The notes: generated by a model not told the origin, from the sequence alone. A DNA stretch of 63,773 nt, filler included, from 3 parts of 3 records of this genome joined end to end with filler, not necessarily neighbours in it, one strand, 5' to 3'; counted from the whole stretch's first letter, positions 1 through 10,007 are shown. Numbers and translations are program-made.

Positions 1-609
1 GATCTGTTCCATGTTGCGCTGTGCGTTCGCCGGCAGCCAGCCGTCGGTGTAGGCTTCGCCAACGATCGTGATGTCACCCGCATCGATTGCGGACTGCAGG
101 ACTTCCTGCTGACCACCGCGGAGGAAGTCCGCGTTCGGGTCGGTCGGGGAGCCCTTGATCATGACGTAGTTGCCCTTCGGCGCGGCAGCCAGAACGGCAC
201 GAGCCTGCATGCGGCCAACTTCGACGTTGTCGAAGGTCAGGTAGAAGGCGCGCGGATCATCGATCAGGCGGTCGTAGCCGACAACCGGGATGCCTTCGTC
301 GGCAGCAGCCTGCACGGCCGGGCCGATTGCCTGGGAATCCTGCGCCAGGATGATGAGGGCGGTCGCGCCTTGTGCGATCAGTGCCTCAACGTCGGAAAGC
401 TGTTTTGCGGACGAGCTCTGCGCGTCGGCGGAAATGTAAGTCGCGCCGGCGGCCTCAAGGGCGCCCTTGATGGCGGCTTCGTCAGTCTTCCAGCGTTCTT
501 CCTGGAAGTTGGACCAGCTCACGCCGACAATGACGTCTTCTGCGTGGGCCAGGTTCAGTGCGGTCGCGGACAGCAGGGCGCCCGCCAGCAAAGTGGTGAT
601 TTTACGCAT
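1..609 (-). CDS. xylF: D-xylose ABC transporter substrate-binding protein (3' end runs off the window)
   Basis: Not in the ORF track because it has no stop in the window. Manual translation from ATG at 609 gives MRKITTLLAGALLSATALNLAHA-EDVIVGVSWSNFQEERWKTDEAAIK...GIPVVGYDRLI...TFDNVEVGRMQA...KGSPTDPNA, with a signal peptide and XylF motifs. GGAGG RBS at 620-624 (minus). Confidence 0.9.
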   Translation of the reverse strand, partial: MRKITTLLAGALLSATALNLAHAEDVIVGVSWSNFQEERWKTDEAAIKGALEAAGATYISADAQSSSAKQLSDVEALIAQGATALIILAQDSQAIGPAVQAAADEGIPVVGYDRLIDDPRAFYLTFDNVEVGRMQARAVLAAAPKGNYVMIKGSPTDPNADFLRGGQQEVLQSAIDAGDITIVGEAYTDGWLPANAQRNMEQI

Positions 610-720
610 TGCGATGTTTCCTCCAGTTGGCGCATCCCACGTCGGACGGATGTGCCTGAAATGCGTCAGTGTCGAAGCGCCTTTTCGAGGCGCCTTCAGA
701 AAGGACAGCCTTATTGTTAT

Positions 721-742
721 TTTTTTTGGTGCCCGAAAAAAA
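721..742. promoter_or_regulatory. Candidate operator of the ROK (XylR-like) repressor
   Basis: TTTTTTT-GGTGCCCG-AAAAAAA imperfect palindrome in the divergent xylF/ROK intergenic region. AT-flanked palindromes are typical of ROK operators. Confidence 0.55.
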
Positions 743-878
743 GTTGCAGGAAAGCGCTGCTCCTGTCAACATGGTTTTGCAAAACACTGTTCCGCGGGGT
801 TTGACACACCCGGTGAGAAGCAGGAAAACCGGGAGAAACCCGGGACAGAGGAAACACCTTGGGAAGAGCTGAGCGAGC

Positions 879-2144
879 ATGACACGCAAGGCGGACCGGG
901 ATCAGATCCGGCGGCAAAACAGAAGTATTGTTCTACAGGCCCTGCGCCGGAACGGCCCTATGGCGCGGATAGATCTCGGCCAGATGACACGGCTGAGCCC
1001 CGCGACGGTGACGGCCATCACCTCCGATCTTCTGGACCAGGGATTGATCCTGAGCCTGGAGAGCGAGGAGCCCAAAACACCCCAGGCGCGTGGACGGCCA
1101 CGCACCCTTTTGAAGCTCAAGCCGGACGCGGTCTATACGGTTGGCGTCCGTCTGTCGGTCAACAACATCGACCTGTCGCTGGTGAATTTCGCCGGTGAGG
1201 TGGTGTGCGACAGGCGCAGCCATTTTGACAGTGCCACCGAAGATGCCGACAGCTTTCCCGAAACCCTGATCACCGCGATCAGGCAGTTCCTCGACGAGGC
1301 CGGCATCGGCCCGTCACGGGTTCGGGAAATCGGCGTTGCCGCACAGGGTGTCGTCGAAACGGAAACCGGCGTCGTTGCCTGGAGCCCCGCCTTTGCCGGG
1401 CGCAAGATCCCTGTCGTCGGTCCATTGCACGAAGCCTTCGGGGCGGATTGCTACATTTCCAACGACACCAACATGATCACCGAAGCGTTGCACTGGTCGG
1501 ATCCGAACAAGTACAGCGGGACATTTGCCGTGATCATGCTCGATTACGGTGTCGGCATGGGGCTTTACCTCGACAACCGGCTGTTTTCGGGAGCAAGCGG
1601 CACGGCCGCCGAGTTCGGCCATGCCAACCATCTGCCCGGCGGGGCGCTCTGCCGATGCGGCAAGAAGGGCTGCCTTGAGGCATATCTTTCCGATTATGCG
1701 CTGGTGCGGGCTGCCTCGCATCTGCCGGAGAACACCGATCCGGGCACCATCAAGGCGGGCGTCAGCGGCCTTGCCCGGTTGATCGAACTGGCCGGCTCCG
1801 GAGACAAGGACGCCTGCAACGCGTTTCACGAAGCGGGCCGGGTTCTGGGCTATGGTCTTGCCCGGGTGATTGCGATGATCGACCCCAAGCGCGTGGTGCT
1901 GACCGGCGCTGCGATGCGTGCCTTCTCCTTCATGGAAAAAGGCATGTGGGAAGGGCTGGAAGAGGCTCTCGTTTCCGATCTCAGGAACAATTTCTCCCTG
2001 GACGTGATGCCGTGGAATGAGGACTTCATTCGCAGCGGCCTGATCGCCCAGTCGATGGAACGTCTCGACAAGGATTTTCTCGGCAACGCAACTCCGCCCT
2101 CAGGCCGCATAGCCCGGCTCGACCGCAAGGAGGCGACGGCATGA
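879..2144 (+). CDS. ROK-family transcriptional repressor (XylR/NagC-like)
   Basis: N-terminal HTH (ARIDLGQMTRLSPATVTAIT..GRPR), ROK motifs GVGMG and EFGH...CRCGKKGCLEAY. Divergent from xylF. Confidence 0.92.
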   Translation: MTRKADRDQIRRQNRSIVLQALRRNGPMARIDLGQMTRLSPATVTAITSDLLDQGLILSLESEEPKTPQARGRPRTLLKLKPDAVYTVGVRLSVNNIDLSLVNFAGEVVCDRRSHFDSATEDADSFPETLITAIRQFLDEAGIGPSRVREIGVAAQGVVETETGVVAWSPAFAGRKIPVVGPLHEAFGADCYISNDTNMITEALHWSDPNKYSGTFAVIMLDYGVGMGLYLDNRLFSGASGTAAEFGHANHLPGGALCRCGKKGCLEAYLSDYALVRAASHLPENTDPGTIKAGVSGLARLIELAGSGDKDACNAFHEAGRVLGYGLARVIAMIDPKRVVLTGAAMRAFSFMEKGMWEGLEEALVSDLRNNFSLDVMPWNEDFIRSGLIAQSMERLDKDFLGNATPPSGRIARLDRKEATA

Positions 2145-3562
2145 CAAGCAAATCCCGGCTCGCAGTCTCTGTTCTCGTCCTCGGCATCACCCTGCCTGCA
2201 TCAGCACTTGCCGATCCCGCACCCTGGAGCGAACGGGCCATCAAGGAAGACGTCGATATCGACGCCCTGGCGCAATCGGGCGAAGATGCGATCACCGTGC
2301 TGCAGCCGCTTGGAGAAGAGCTGTTCAAGGCCAAGTTCACCACACTGGATGGCGCAGGCCGGCCGGACGCGACACGGGCTATCGTGCCAACAAAAGTGCG
2401 CCGCAAGGCACCGCAGGCGTTCCAGCGTCTTGCAGGAATGGACGCCAATTCCTGCTCTTCCTGCCACAATGAGCCTGTGATCGGTGGTTCCGGTGCGTTC
2501 ACAGCAAACGTGTTCGTTTCCGAAGGCTTCGAAAGCGCCGACTTCGACACCACGGATCCCCAGTTTTCCAACGAGCGCAACACGGTCGCGCTTCAGGGAG
2601 CCGGGCTGATCGAATTGCTTGCCCGGGAAATGACCACGGACCTGCGCAGCCAGCGGACGGATCTGCTGGCCAGGGTGCGGAAAAGCGGTAAGGAAGAAAC
2701 CGTCAGTCTGGAAACAAAGGGCGTCTCCTTCGGCAAGTTGACCGCCTTTCCTGACGGGACACTGGACGTTTCCCGTCTCGAGGGTATCGACGACGACCTG
2801 ACCTTGCGACCTTTCAGCCAGAAGGGTGTCTTTGCGTCGCTTCGCCAGTTCAGCGTGAACGCCACCAACGATCATCATGGCATACAGGCGGTCGAGCGGT
2901 TCGGCGCCGAATGGACAGGATCGGACGACTTCGACGGTGACGGCCATACGGGCGAAATTTCGCCAGGTCAGATCTCGGCGCTGGTCGCTTTCCAGGCAAC
3001 CCTTCCCGCGCCCACCCGAAAACAGGATCTGCCGGATGTCTGGCAGCAGGCGGCGGCAAAGGGAGAAGCGCTTTTCGGCACCATTGGCTGCAGCTCGTGC
3101 CACATTCCCGAATTGCCGCTCGAAAGCCTCATCTTTCAGGATCCCGGCCCGTTCGACACCGCCGGTACCCTGCGCCAGAGCGACGTGAAGGCACCGCTCG
3201 AACTTGACCTCGGCACGCTGGACTGGGTGAAGGCCCTGCCGCGCGATGACCAGGGCCGGGTGCTGGTACCCCTTTACGGCGACCTGAAGCGCCACACGAT
3301 TGCCGATGCGGCCAATGACACCTTCGGCAATGAACTGCTGGCCCAACGCTTTGTTGCGCGCGACGTTTTCATCACGTCCGAACTCTGGGGCATCGGCAGC
3401 ACGGCGCCCTATGGGCACCGGGGCGATATCACGACGCTGGAAGAGGCGATTCTGGCCCATGGCGGCGCTGCTTCCGACAGCCGCAAGGCCTATGCAGGTC
3501 TGACGGAAACAGCGCAGCAGACGATCATCGCCTTCCTGCGCAGCCTGGAGATCGCGGAATGA
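2141..3562 (+). CDS. Secreted di-heme c protein, DHOR (di-haem oxidoreductase / putative peroxidase) family
   Basis: Signal peptide ending ALA-D. Two CxxCH motifs (ANSCSSCH, IGCSSCH). C-terminal LWGIGSTAPYGHRG..TLEEAILAHGG..FLRSL motif. ATGA overlap with the ROK gene. Confidence 0.85.
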   Translation: MTSKSRLAVSVLVLGITLPASALADPAPWSERAIKEDVDIDALAQSGEDAITVLQPLGEELFKAKFTTLDGAGRPDATRAIVPTKVRRKAPQAFQRLAGMDANSCSSCHNEPVIGGSGAFTANVFVSEGFESADFDTTDPQFSNERNTVALQGAGLIELLAREMTTDLRSQRTDLLARVRKSGKEETVSLETKGVSFGKLTAFPDGTLDVSRLEGIDDDLTLRPFSQKGVFASLRQFSVNATNDHHGIQAVERFGAEWTGSDDFDGDGHTGEISPGQISALVAFQATLPAPTRKQDLPDVWQQAAAKGEALFGTIGCSSCHIPELPLESLIFQDPGPFDTAGTLRQSDVKAPLELDLGTLDWVKALPRDDQGRVLVPLYGDLKRHTIADAANDTFGNELLAQRFVARDVFITSELWGIGSTAPYGHRGDITTLEEAILAHGGAASDSRKAYAGLTETAQQTIIAFLRSLEIAE

Positions 3563-5217
3563 AGCCTTTCAGTCTTTCCGTGTCCGGTGCGCTGTTGAGC
3601 GTAAGCCTTGCGGCCCCGGCTCTGGCCGACGACACCCGTCAGGTTTCCGTTGCGCCCGTCCCCTCGTTTGTGGAAGAGGCTTCGGCTGCGGGCATCGAGC
3701 ATTCCTATGACGGTGCGTGGGAATTCTTCGTTGGCGGCGGCACCGCGATCTTCGATTGCGATGGCGACCGCAAGCCGGATCTGTTCTTTGCCGGCGGCAA
3801 GAACCCGGCGCAGCTTTTTCGCAACGAAAGCCGTGTGGCAGGTGCGCTGAAATTCACCGCGGTGGAAACCGGCCTCAACGAAAAACAGGCCACCGGCGTG
3901 CTCGGCGCCTATCCGCTCGACATCAACAACGACGACATCCTGGATCTCGTGGTGCTGCGCCTGGGTGAAAACCTGATCCTGGAAGGCAAGGGCGCCTGTA
4001 CCTTCGAGGTTGCCAACCGGGCCCTTGGCTTCGACGGCGGCCGCGAATGGAGCACTTCCTTTTCCGCCACCTACGAACCAGGGCTCGATTATCCAACGCT
4101 AGCCTTTGGCAATTATGTCGATCGTTCTGCCCCCGGTTCGCCCTGGGGCACCTGTCACGACAACTTCCTGTTCCGGCCGGAAAAGACGGAGGACGGCAGC
4201 CCGCTCTACGCGGAAGCAACGCGCCTGTCGCCGGGATATTGCAGCTTGTCGATGCTGTTTACCGACTGGAACCGCTCCGGCGAACCGGCGCTCAGGATCT
4301 CGAACGACCGGCAATATTACCGCGGTGGCGAAGAGCAGCTCTGGGCTGTTGCACCCGGCAGGCCGCCTCGCCCCTATCGCAAGTCCGATGGCTGGCAACA
4401 CCTGAAGATCTGGGGCATGGGCATTGCGTCCATCGACCTGGATGTGGACGGTTTTCCCGAGTATGCGCTCACCAGCATGGGCGACACCAAGCTGCAGAAG
4501 CTCGACCCGGAATCGGACGAGACCGTGCCGGTCTATCAGGACATTGCCTTCGACCTCGGCGTTACCGCGCACCGGCCCTATGCGGGGGAAGACCTGAAAC
4601 CCTCAACCGGATGGCATTCCGAGTTTCAGGACGTCAACAATGACGGGCTCTGGGACCTCTTCATTGCCAAGGGCAATGTGGAAGCCATGCCCGACTTCGC
4701 GGCCTATGACCCGGACAATCTCTTGCTCGGCCAATGGGACGGCCGCTTTGTGGAAACCGGCGATACGGCCGGGATTGCGCTGAACCGGCGCGGACGCGGT
4801 GCGGGTCTGGCGGATTTCAACGCCGACGGACTGGTGGATCTGGTTGTCGTCAACCGCTCCGGACCGGTGAGCCTGTTCCGGAACGTTGGCCAGGGGACTT
4901 CAGAAGAACCGAAACAGCTCGGCAACTGGCTGGCTGTGGACGTGCGCCAGCCGGGCAAACCCAACTCCCGCGCAGTGGGTGCCAAGATCAGCGTGAAGAC
5001 GGGCAACCGGACCGTGGTGAAGGACATCCAGGTGGGGGCTGGCCATGCCTCCGGCCAGATGGGCTTCGTTCACTTCGGCCTGGGTGTGGCGGAACGTGCC
5101 AACGTGCGCATCAAGTGGCCGGACGGCGACTGGAGCCACGGCTACCGGGTCTTTGCCAACGGTCACGTGATCATTGAACGGGGTGCGGAAAAGGCAAAGC
5201 TCTGGTATCCGGAGTAG
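3559..5217 (+). CDS. CRTAC1-family secreted protein (FG-GAP Ca-binding propeller + ASPIC/UnbV domain)
   Basis: Signal peptide. Repeated DxDxDG-type motifs (DCDGDRKPDL, DINNDDILDL, DLDVDGFPEY, DVNNDGLWDL, DFNADGLVDL). C-terminal HFGLG..VRIKWPDG. ATGA overlap with the DHOR gene. Confidence 0.88.
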   Translation: MKPFSLSVSGALLSVSLAAPALADDTRQVSVAPVPSFVEEASAAGIEHSYDGAWEFFVGGGTAIFDCDGDRKPDLFFAGGKNPAQLFRNESRVAGALKFTAVETGLNEKQATGVLGAYPLDINNDDILDLVVLRLGENLILEGKGACTFEVANRALGFDGGREWSTSFSATYEPGLDYPTLAFGNYVDRSAPGSPWGTCHDNFLFRPEKTEDGSPLYAEATRLSPGYCSLSMLFTDWNRSGEPALRISNDRQYYRGGEEQLWAVAPGRPPRPYRKSDGWQHLKIWGMGIASIDLDVDGFPEYALTSMGDTKLQKLDPESDETVPVYQDIAFDLGVTAHRPYAGEDLKPSTGWHSEFQDVNNDGLWDLFIAKGNVEAMPDFAAYDPDNLLLGQWDGRFVETGDTAGIALNRRGRGAGLADFNADGLVDLVVVNRSGPVSLFRNVGQGTSEEPKQLGNWLAVDVRQPGKPNSRAVGAKISVKTGNRTVVKDIQVGAGHASGQMGFVHFGLGVAERANVRIKWPDGDWSHGYRVFANGHVIIERGAEKAKLWYPE

Positions 5218-5361
5218 GCCCCGGCAAGGCACCTTTCCGGTACTGAATAACTGGTTCGCGATGCCATCGTAAATTCAGAAAAGCTGCATTTTTTCAATGA
5301 CTTTCCGGCTCTTTTACCGGAACATGCATGACTAGATGCAATTTCTGGAGAACCTGCGCTC

Positions 5362-5766
5362 ATGGCCGGTCCAACCGACAAGAAATCCTTCAATCCCCCT
5401 TCCGTACGAACACCCTTCGGGCAGTACAATCACGGCCTTTACGTGCCACCCGGCGCCAGCCTTCTGGTGACCTCCGGCCAGCTCGGCATCCGGCCGGACG
5501 ATACGATCCCGCCGGACGTGACCGGCCAGGCCGAAGTTTGTTTCGAGGCCATTGCCGCCATCCTGAAGGAAGCGGAGATGGGCTTCGAGGACGTCATCCG
5601 CATTTCCGGTTTCGTTACCCGGCGGGAAGATTTCGCGGACTATATGGCCGTTCGAGACCGCTACACCGGAGCGCTGAAACCGGTCTCGACCCTGTTGGTG
5701 GTCGGCGGCTTCACGCGTCCGGAGTTTCTGGTGGAAGTGGAAGTGACCGCGGCGAAGGTGTTCTAG
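5362..5766 (+). CDS. RidA/YjgF/UK114 family protein
   Basis: YNHG, SGQLG, QAEVCFEAIAAIL, VSTLLVVGGF..PEFLVEVEVTA. 134 aa. Confidence 0.9.
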   Translation: MAGPTDKKSFNPPSVRTPFGQYNHGLYVPPGASLLVTSGQLGIRPDDTIPPDVTGQAEVCFEAIAAILKEAEMGFEDVIRISGFVTRREDFADYMAVRDRYTGALKPVSTLLVVGGFTRPEFLVEVEVTAAKVF

Positions 5767-5787
5767 CCCAGCCAGCCTGGAGCGGTG

Positions 5788-6369
5788 TCAGAACCGCTCC
5801 ATTTCCTTGCCGACCTTCTCCAGGAAGGCACCGGTCGAGGCCGGGGTGCAGTTGTTCATGTCGTAATGGGCCAGATATTTCACCGGTGCGCCAATCTTGA
5901 TCTGTGCCCGGATGACCCGATTGACCACCTTGCGCGGCGGATCGCCAACCAGAAACGCCCGCCACCGGCTGCCGCCATAGGTCATGACGGCCGCCATCTT
6001 GCGGATATGGCGCAAGGTCGGCGTCAAGGTGCCGTCTTCCAGATGAAACGAAACGCCTGGCAGCCAGACACGATCGAAGTAACCTTTCAACATCGCGGGA
6101 AAACCGAAGTTCCAGACCGGCGTGCAGATGACCAGACCTTCCGCCGCCAGCAGGCGCTCGCAGTAATTGTCGACCAGTTCCCGGTTGTCGGGGACCGTGT
6201 GATAGATGTCCCTGTCGCGTGCGGAGAGGACGGGGTCGAACCCTTCCTCATAGAGATTGCAGCCGTCGACCTCATGCCCGGCCTTCGCCAGGCTTTCACA
6301 GGTCTTGTGATAGAGCGCCCGGCCGAAACTGTGCTCCTGCGGGTGGGAATGGAGAACAAGTACGCGCAT
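5788..6369 (-). CDS. Flavodoxin-fold NAD(P)H-dependent oxidoreductase (quinone reductase family)
   Basis: Start MRVLVLHSHP at 6369. Motifs NLYEEGFDPVL and PVWNFGFPAMLKGYFDRV. Confidence 0.88.
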   Translation of the reverse strand: MRVLVLHSHPQEHSFGRALYHKTCESLAKAGHEVDGCNLYEEGFDPVLSARDRDIYHTVPDNRELVDNYCERLLAAEGLVICTPVWNFGFPAMLKGYFDRVWLPGVSFHLEDGTLTPTLRHIRKMAAVMTYGGSRWRAFLVGDPPRKVVNRVIRAQIKIGAPVKYLAHYDMNNCTPASTGAFLEKVGKEMERF

Positions 6370-6373
6370 CTGA

Positions 6374-7780
6374 TCAGGCCTCGGCAAAGGCCTGAAGGCC
6401 CGGGAAAAGATAGTTCTGGCCGGAATTGAAGTCGAAGTCCGGATTGTCCCAGGCGATCATCTTGCCCGGATTGAGCAATCCCTCCGGGTCCGTCTCCTTC
6501 TTGAAGGCGAGCTGGACCTGGTCGGTCTGTTTCATGCCGCCTTCTTCAAGGGTGTAGCGATGCGGGTTGAACACCCGGCAGCCGTTTTCCTCATGCAGCC
6601 GGATAATCTCGTCCAGCCGTTCTTCCGTCGTGTAGCGGATCAGGGGAAGGCCGGAGCATTGGACCTGACCATCGAACCGCAGGAACTCCAGGTGTCCGAA
6701 GATCTCGCCCGGGAACATTTCGGTGGTCTTGCGCACAAGCTCCACGTGGTTCGGGCCCGGATACTGCGTCTGCAGGTAGGTGAAGGAACTGTCGAACTTC
6801 AGCGCCCGCAGTGTCGTGTGGTTCCAGGCAAGCTCATAGACATGCGGAATGCCCTTCATGCTTTCCACTTCGTCCGACCGGAAGCGCACTTCGCCCTTCA
6901 TCCGTTCTGCAAGCGCAAGCATTGCCGACATGGAATGCGGCGCCACCATCAACACGGTGACCGCCTCGCCTTCCTTCAGCCAGGGCTTGTGCCGCGTGAA
7001 GAAATCGAACGGTATGGGTGCCGCTATCGGGGCGACTTCCTTCAGCAGAATACCGTTGCTGCGCGCCAGCTTGTCGGAAAAGACGACCGCGTCCATGAAG
7101 GTTTCGTGGCCGACGATCACGTCCACCCAGTCATGAGCCGTTGTCAGCGGCATTTCGACTTCGGTGATGATACCGTTGGTGCCATAGGCATGACTGACCT
7201 TCTGCAGGTCCCAGGTGGACAGCTCGATCACCCTGGGCTCGGCTTCCATGGTGACGATGCGCAGGCGCAGGATGTTGCCGAGGTCGCGCAGGCCGCCCCA
7301 GTGCACCGAACCGACACCGCCGGAGCCACCGGCGATAAAGCCGCCGATGGTCGCGGTTTGCGCGGTTGAAGGATGGAAGCGCAGTTCCTGGCCCGAATGT
7401 TCCTTTGTAATCTTGTCGAGCTTGGCGATGACGATGCCCGGACCGCAGACGACCCGGCCCGGTGCGATTTCCTTGACCTCGTCCATCTTCGACATATCAA
7501 GCACGATGCCGCCGGACAGTGGCATCGCCTGGCCATAGTTGCCCGTGCCCGCACCACGCGGCGTGACCGGCACACCGTGGGCAAATGCCGTTTTCAGAAC
7601 CTTTATGACTTCCGCTTCATTTTTCGGCGAGACCAGAAGATCTCCGGTGACGTTGTCGAGCTGGGCCTTGAGGACCGGCGAATACCAGTAGAAGTCACGG
7701 CTCTTGGCCTGAACCAGACGCGGATTGTCCTCAACCGCAATGCCATCAAGTTCGGCCTTGATTGTCTCGTAATCGGCCAT
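6374..7780 (-). CDS. FAD-binding oxidoreductase (FAD_binding_4, GlcD/VAO-like)
   Basis: PVTPRGAGTGNYGQ, ATIGGFIAGGSGG, GTNGIITE, C-terminal DPEGLLNPGK. Confidence 0.9.
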   Translation of the reverse strand: MADYETIKAELDGIAVEDNPRLVQAKSRDFYWYSPVLKAQLDNVTGDLLVSPKNEAEVIKVLKTAFAHGVPVTPRGAGTGNYGQAMPLSGGIVLDMSKMDEVKEIAPGRVVCGPGIVIAKLDKITKEHSGQELRFHPSTAQTATIGGFIAGGSGGVGSVHWGGLRDLGNILRLRIVTMEAEPRVIELSTWDLQKVSHAYGTNGIITEVEMPLTTAHDWVDVIVGHETFMDAVVFSDKLARSNGILLKEVAPIAAPIPFDFFTRHKPWLKEGEAVTVLMVAPHSMSAMLALAERMKGEVRFRSDEVESMKGIPHVYELAWNHTTLRALKFDSSFTYLQTQYPGPNHVELVRKTTEMFPGEIFGHLEFLRFDGQVQCSGLPLIRYTTEERLDEIIRLHEENGCRVFNPHRYTLEEGGMKQTDQVQLAFKKETDPEGLLNPGKMIAWDNPDFDFNSGQNYLFPGLQAFAEA

Positions 7781-7782
7781 GG

Positions 7783-9087
7783 TCAGCCTTTCGTCAGCGG
7801 GTCAAGTTCAGAATAATCCGGCAGGCGACGGTCGATGCCCATGCCATTCCGCATCACGATGCGGTCCGCCTGCGGACGGGACAGAAATTCGCTCCAGCTT
7901 CGAGCGTTGAAGATGACGAGATCGGCGCCCAGCCCCTCGGCAATACGCCCGATTTCGGGGACTTGCAGAATATCGGCCGGAAGGCTGGTGACCACCTTGG
8001 CCGCATCATCGAGGGGGTGGTCCAGATGCGCAATACGCACCGCCTCGCGGAACACTTCCACCATGTCGAGATCGCCATAGGCGTAGAAAGGATCGCGGGT
8101 ATTGTCCGATGAAACGGCCACCGGCACGCCTGCGGCCCGCAGTTCGTGCAGCAGTGTAACGCCACGCGACCGTGGCGTGCGGCCCGGGTGCCGGTCTTGC
8201 AGATACATGTTGCACATGGGCAGGGAAACGACGGAGAGGCCTGCCTCCCGCACCTTGTCGATTGTCGCCTTGGCCTTGTCGTCGTCCTGGCGCGCCAGGG
8301 AACAGCAATGGCCGACCGTGACGGCGCCTTCGAACCCGTTGCGCAGCTTGGCTTCCGCAATAGCAAGCAGCGTCAGGACGTTGGCATCCTGGGTCTCATC
8401 AACATGCAGGTCGATATCGAGGCCGTTGTCCGCAGCCGTGCGAAACAGGATATCCAGCCTGCGGTCGAGATCCGGCAACGGGAAGGTAACGCCGCCAAGC
8501 AGACCGCCGTTTGCCACGACGACCTCCACCAGGTCGGAAAAATAAGCGTCGTCGTCGATGGCATCGATCGGAAACAGCGCGGCAGCCTGCAGGGCGATCC
8601 GGTCTTTCCAGCGTTCACGCATGTCGGCGAACACCTCGAAGGAAATCCGGTGCTGCGGTGCCAGGCTGTCGAGATGGGTGCGCAGGAGGCTGGTCCCATG
8701 CGCATAAGCGCAGCGCAGGGAGAAGTCCATGCGCGTTTCAACGTCCCTGGCCGTCCAGTTTGCCTCCCGGTCGGCCCTGACGGCGGCAAGTGCACCGTCG
8801 AAATCGCCGGTCGGGTTGGGTTGCCGGTCCCAGATATGCCCCTTGTCGATGTGGGTGTGCATGTCGGCAAAGCAGGGCCAGACCATGCGCCTTTGCAGAT
8901 CAACGCTTTCGATGTCCGCTGGGGCCGCCCCAGCCGGGAGAATGGCCTCGATCCGACCGTCTGAAATGATCAGATCGGCCGACGACAGGCCCTCGCGCGC
9001 AGGGAGCGCCGACCCCGGCGTGACTGCGGCGGGCAGGGTTGCGGTGCGCAGCGCGAACCGCCCGGTTTTGGGAAGGTCGAGTGTCAT
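7783..9087 (-). CDS. Cytosine-deaminase-like amidohydrolase (heterocycle deaminase)
   Basis: HTHIDK (HxH), HVDET, GHCCSL, SSDN..DPFYAYG metal and catalytic motifs. Start MTLDLP at 9087, TGATG-coupled to the permease stop. Confidence 0.9.
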   Translation of the reverse strand: MTLDLPKTGRFALRTATLPAAVTPGSALPAREGLSSADLIISDGRIEAILPAGAAPADIESVDLQRRMVWPCFADMHTHIDKGHIWDRQPNPTGDFDGALAAVRADREANWTARDVETRMDFSLRCAYAHGTSLLRTHLDSLAPQHRISFEVFADMRERWKDRIALQAAALFPIDAIDDDAYFSDLVEVVVANGGLLGGVTFPLPDLDRRLDILFRTAADNGLDIDLHVDETQDANVLTLLAIAEAKLRNGFEGAVTVGHCCSLARQDDDKAKATIDKVREAGLSVVSLPMCNMYLQDRHPGRTPRSRGVTLLHELRAAGVPVAVSSDNTRDPFYAYGDLDMVEVFREAVRIAHLDHPLDDAAKVVTSLPADILQVPEIGRIAEGLGADLVIFNARSWSEFLSRPQADRIVMRNGMGIDRRLPDYSELDPLTKG

Positions 9088-10007
9088 CAGTTTTCCCGCT
9101 TCAGGCTGCTTTCGTGCCAGCGATGCAATGTCCACCAGGAGATGAAGGACGTCAAAGCGAAGATCAGCACACCCAGGCTGGCAAGCAGGAACAGCGCTGC
9201 GAACAGACGTGAAATATTGAGCCGGAACTGGGATTCCAGAAGGCGGAAGGCAAGTCCCGAGCCTGCACCGGCCGATCCGGCCGCAAATTCGGCAACGACC
9301 GCCGCAATCAACGCAAGACCGCCACCGATGCGAAGGCCGGTCATGAAATATGGCAGGGAAGCCGGCAGCTTCAGATAGATCAGCGTCTGCCAGCGCGAGG
9401 CGCCATAAAGTTCAAACAGGTTCAGGAGGTTGTGATCCACGCTTTTCAGCCCCTGCACCATGTTGGACAGGATCGGGAAGAAGGCGACGACAAACGCACA
9501 GATCAGAAGCGCTGCCTGCGTCGACGGCGCGTAGATCAGGATCAGCGGCGCGATCGCGATGATCGGCGTGACCTGCAGGATAACGGTGATCGGATAGAGC
9601 GCCGTCTCGATCCAGCGGGACTGCACAAGCAGGATCGCCATGCCGCCACCGCCGATCAACGCCAGGGCAAGGGAGGCAAGCGTGATCTTGGTCGTCACCC
9701 AAAGGGCGGGCAGCAGGATGTGCCAGTCGGACATCAGCGAATTCACCACCAGTCCCGGGCCGGGAAGAATGTAGTGCGGAATGTCATTCACGGTGACCAT
9801 GACCTGCCAGAGCGCGATCAAGCCTGCGATGACGAAGATCGGCACCAGAACCGTCAGGATACGCTCCCGCCGCTTGGCAGCGGCAGCGCTTTCCTTTGTC
9901 GGCAGCTTGGCTGCTGATGCAGGCCTTTTGCGCGAGACCTGCGCTTCGCGGTCTGGTTCCTGCAGAACGTCGGCGGGGGCCAGTGTTTCGTTTGCTGGTG
10001 CGGTCAT
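9087..10007 (-). CDS. ABC transporter permease (SsuC/TauC type)
   Basis: Multiple TM helices. EAA-like loop LFELYGASRWQTLIYLKLPASLP. Confidence 0.92.
   Translation of the reverse strand: MTAPANETLAPADVLQEPDREAQVSRKRPASAAKLPTKESAAAAKRRERILTVLVPIFVIAGLIALWQVMVTVNDIPHYILPGPGLVVNSLMSDWHILLPALWVTTKITLASLALALIGGGGMAILLVQSRWIETALYPITVILQVTPIIAIAPLILIYAPSTQAALLICAFVVAFFPILSNMVQGLKSVDHNLLNLFELYGASRWQTLIYLKLPASLPYFMTGLRIGGGLALIAAVVAEFAAGSAGAGSGLAFRLLESQFRLNISRLFAALFLLASLGVLIFALTSFISWWTLHRWHESSLKREN

Noticed and set aside
370-1198. Plus-strand ORFs 370-804 and 467-1198
   Set aside because: They are antisense or out-of-frame shadows of xylF (minus, 1-609) and the ROK gene, with no motifs.
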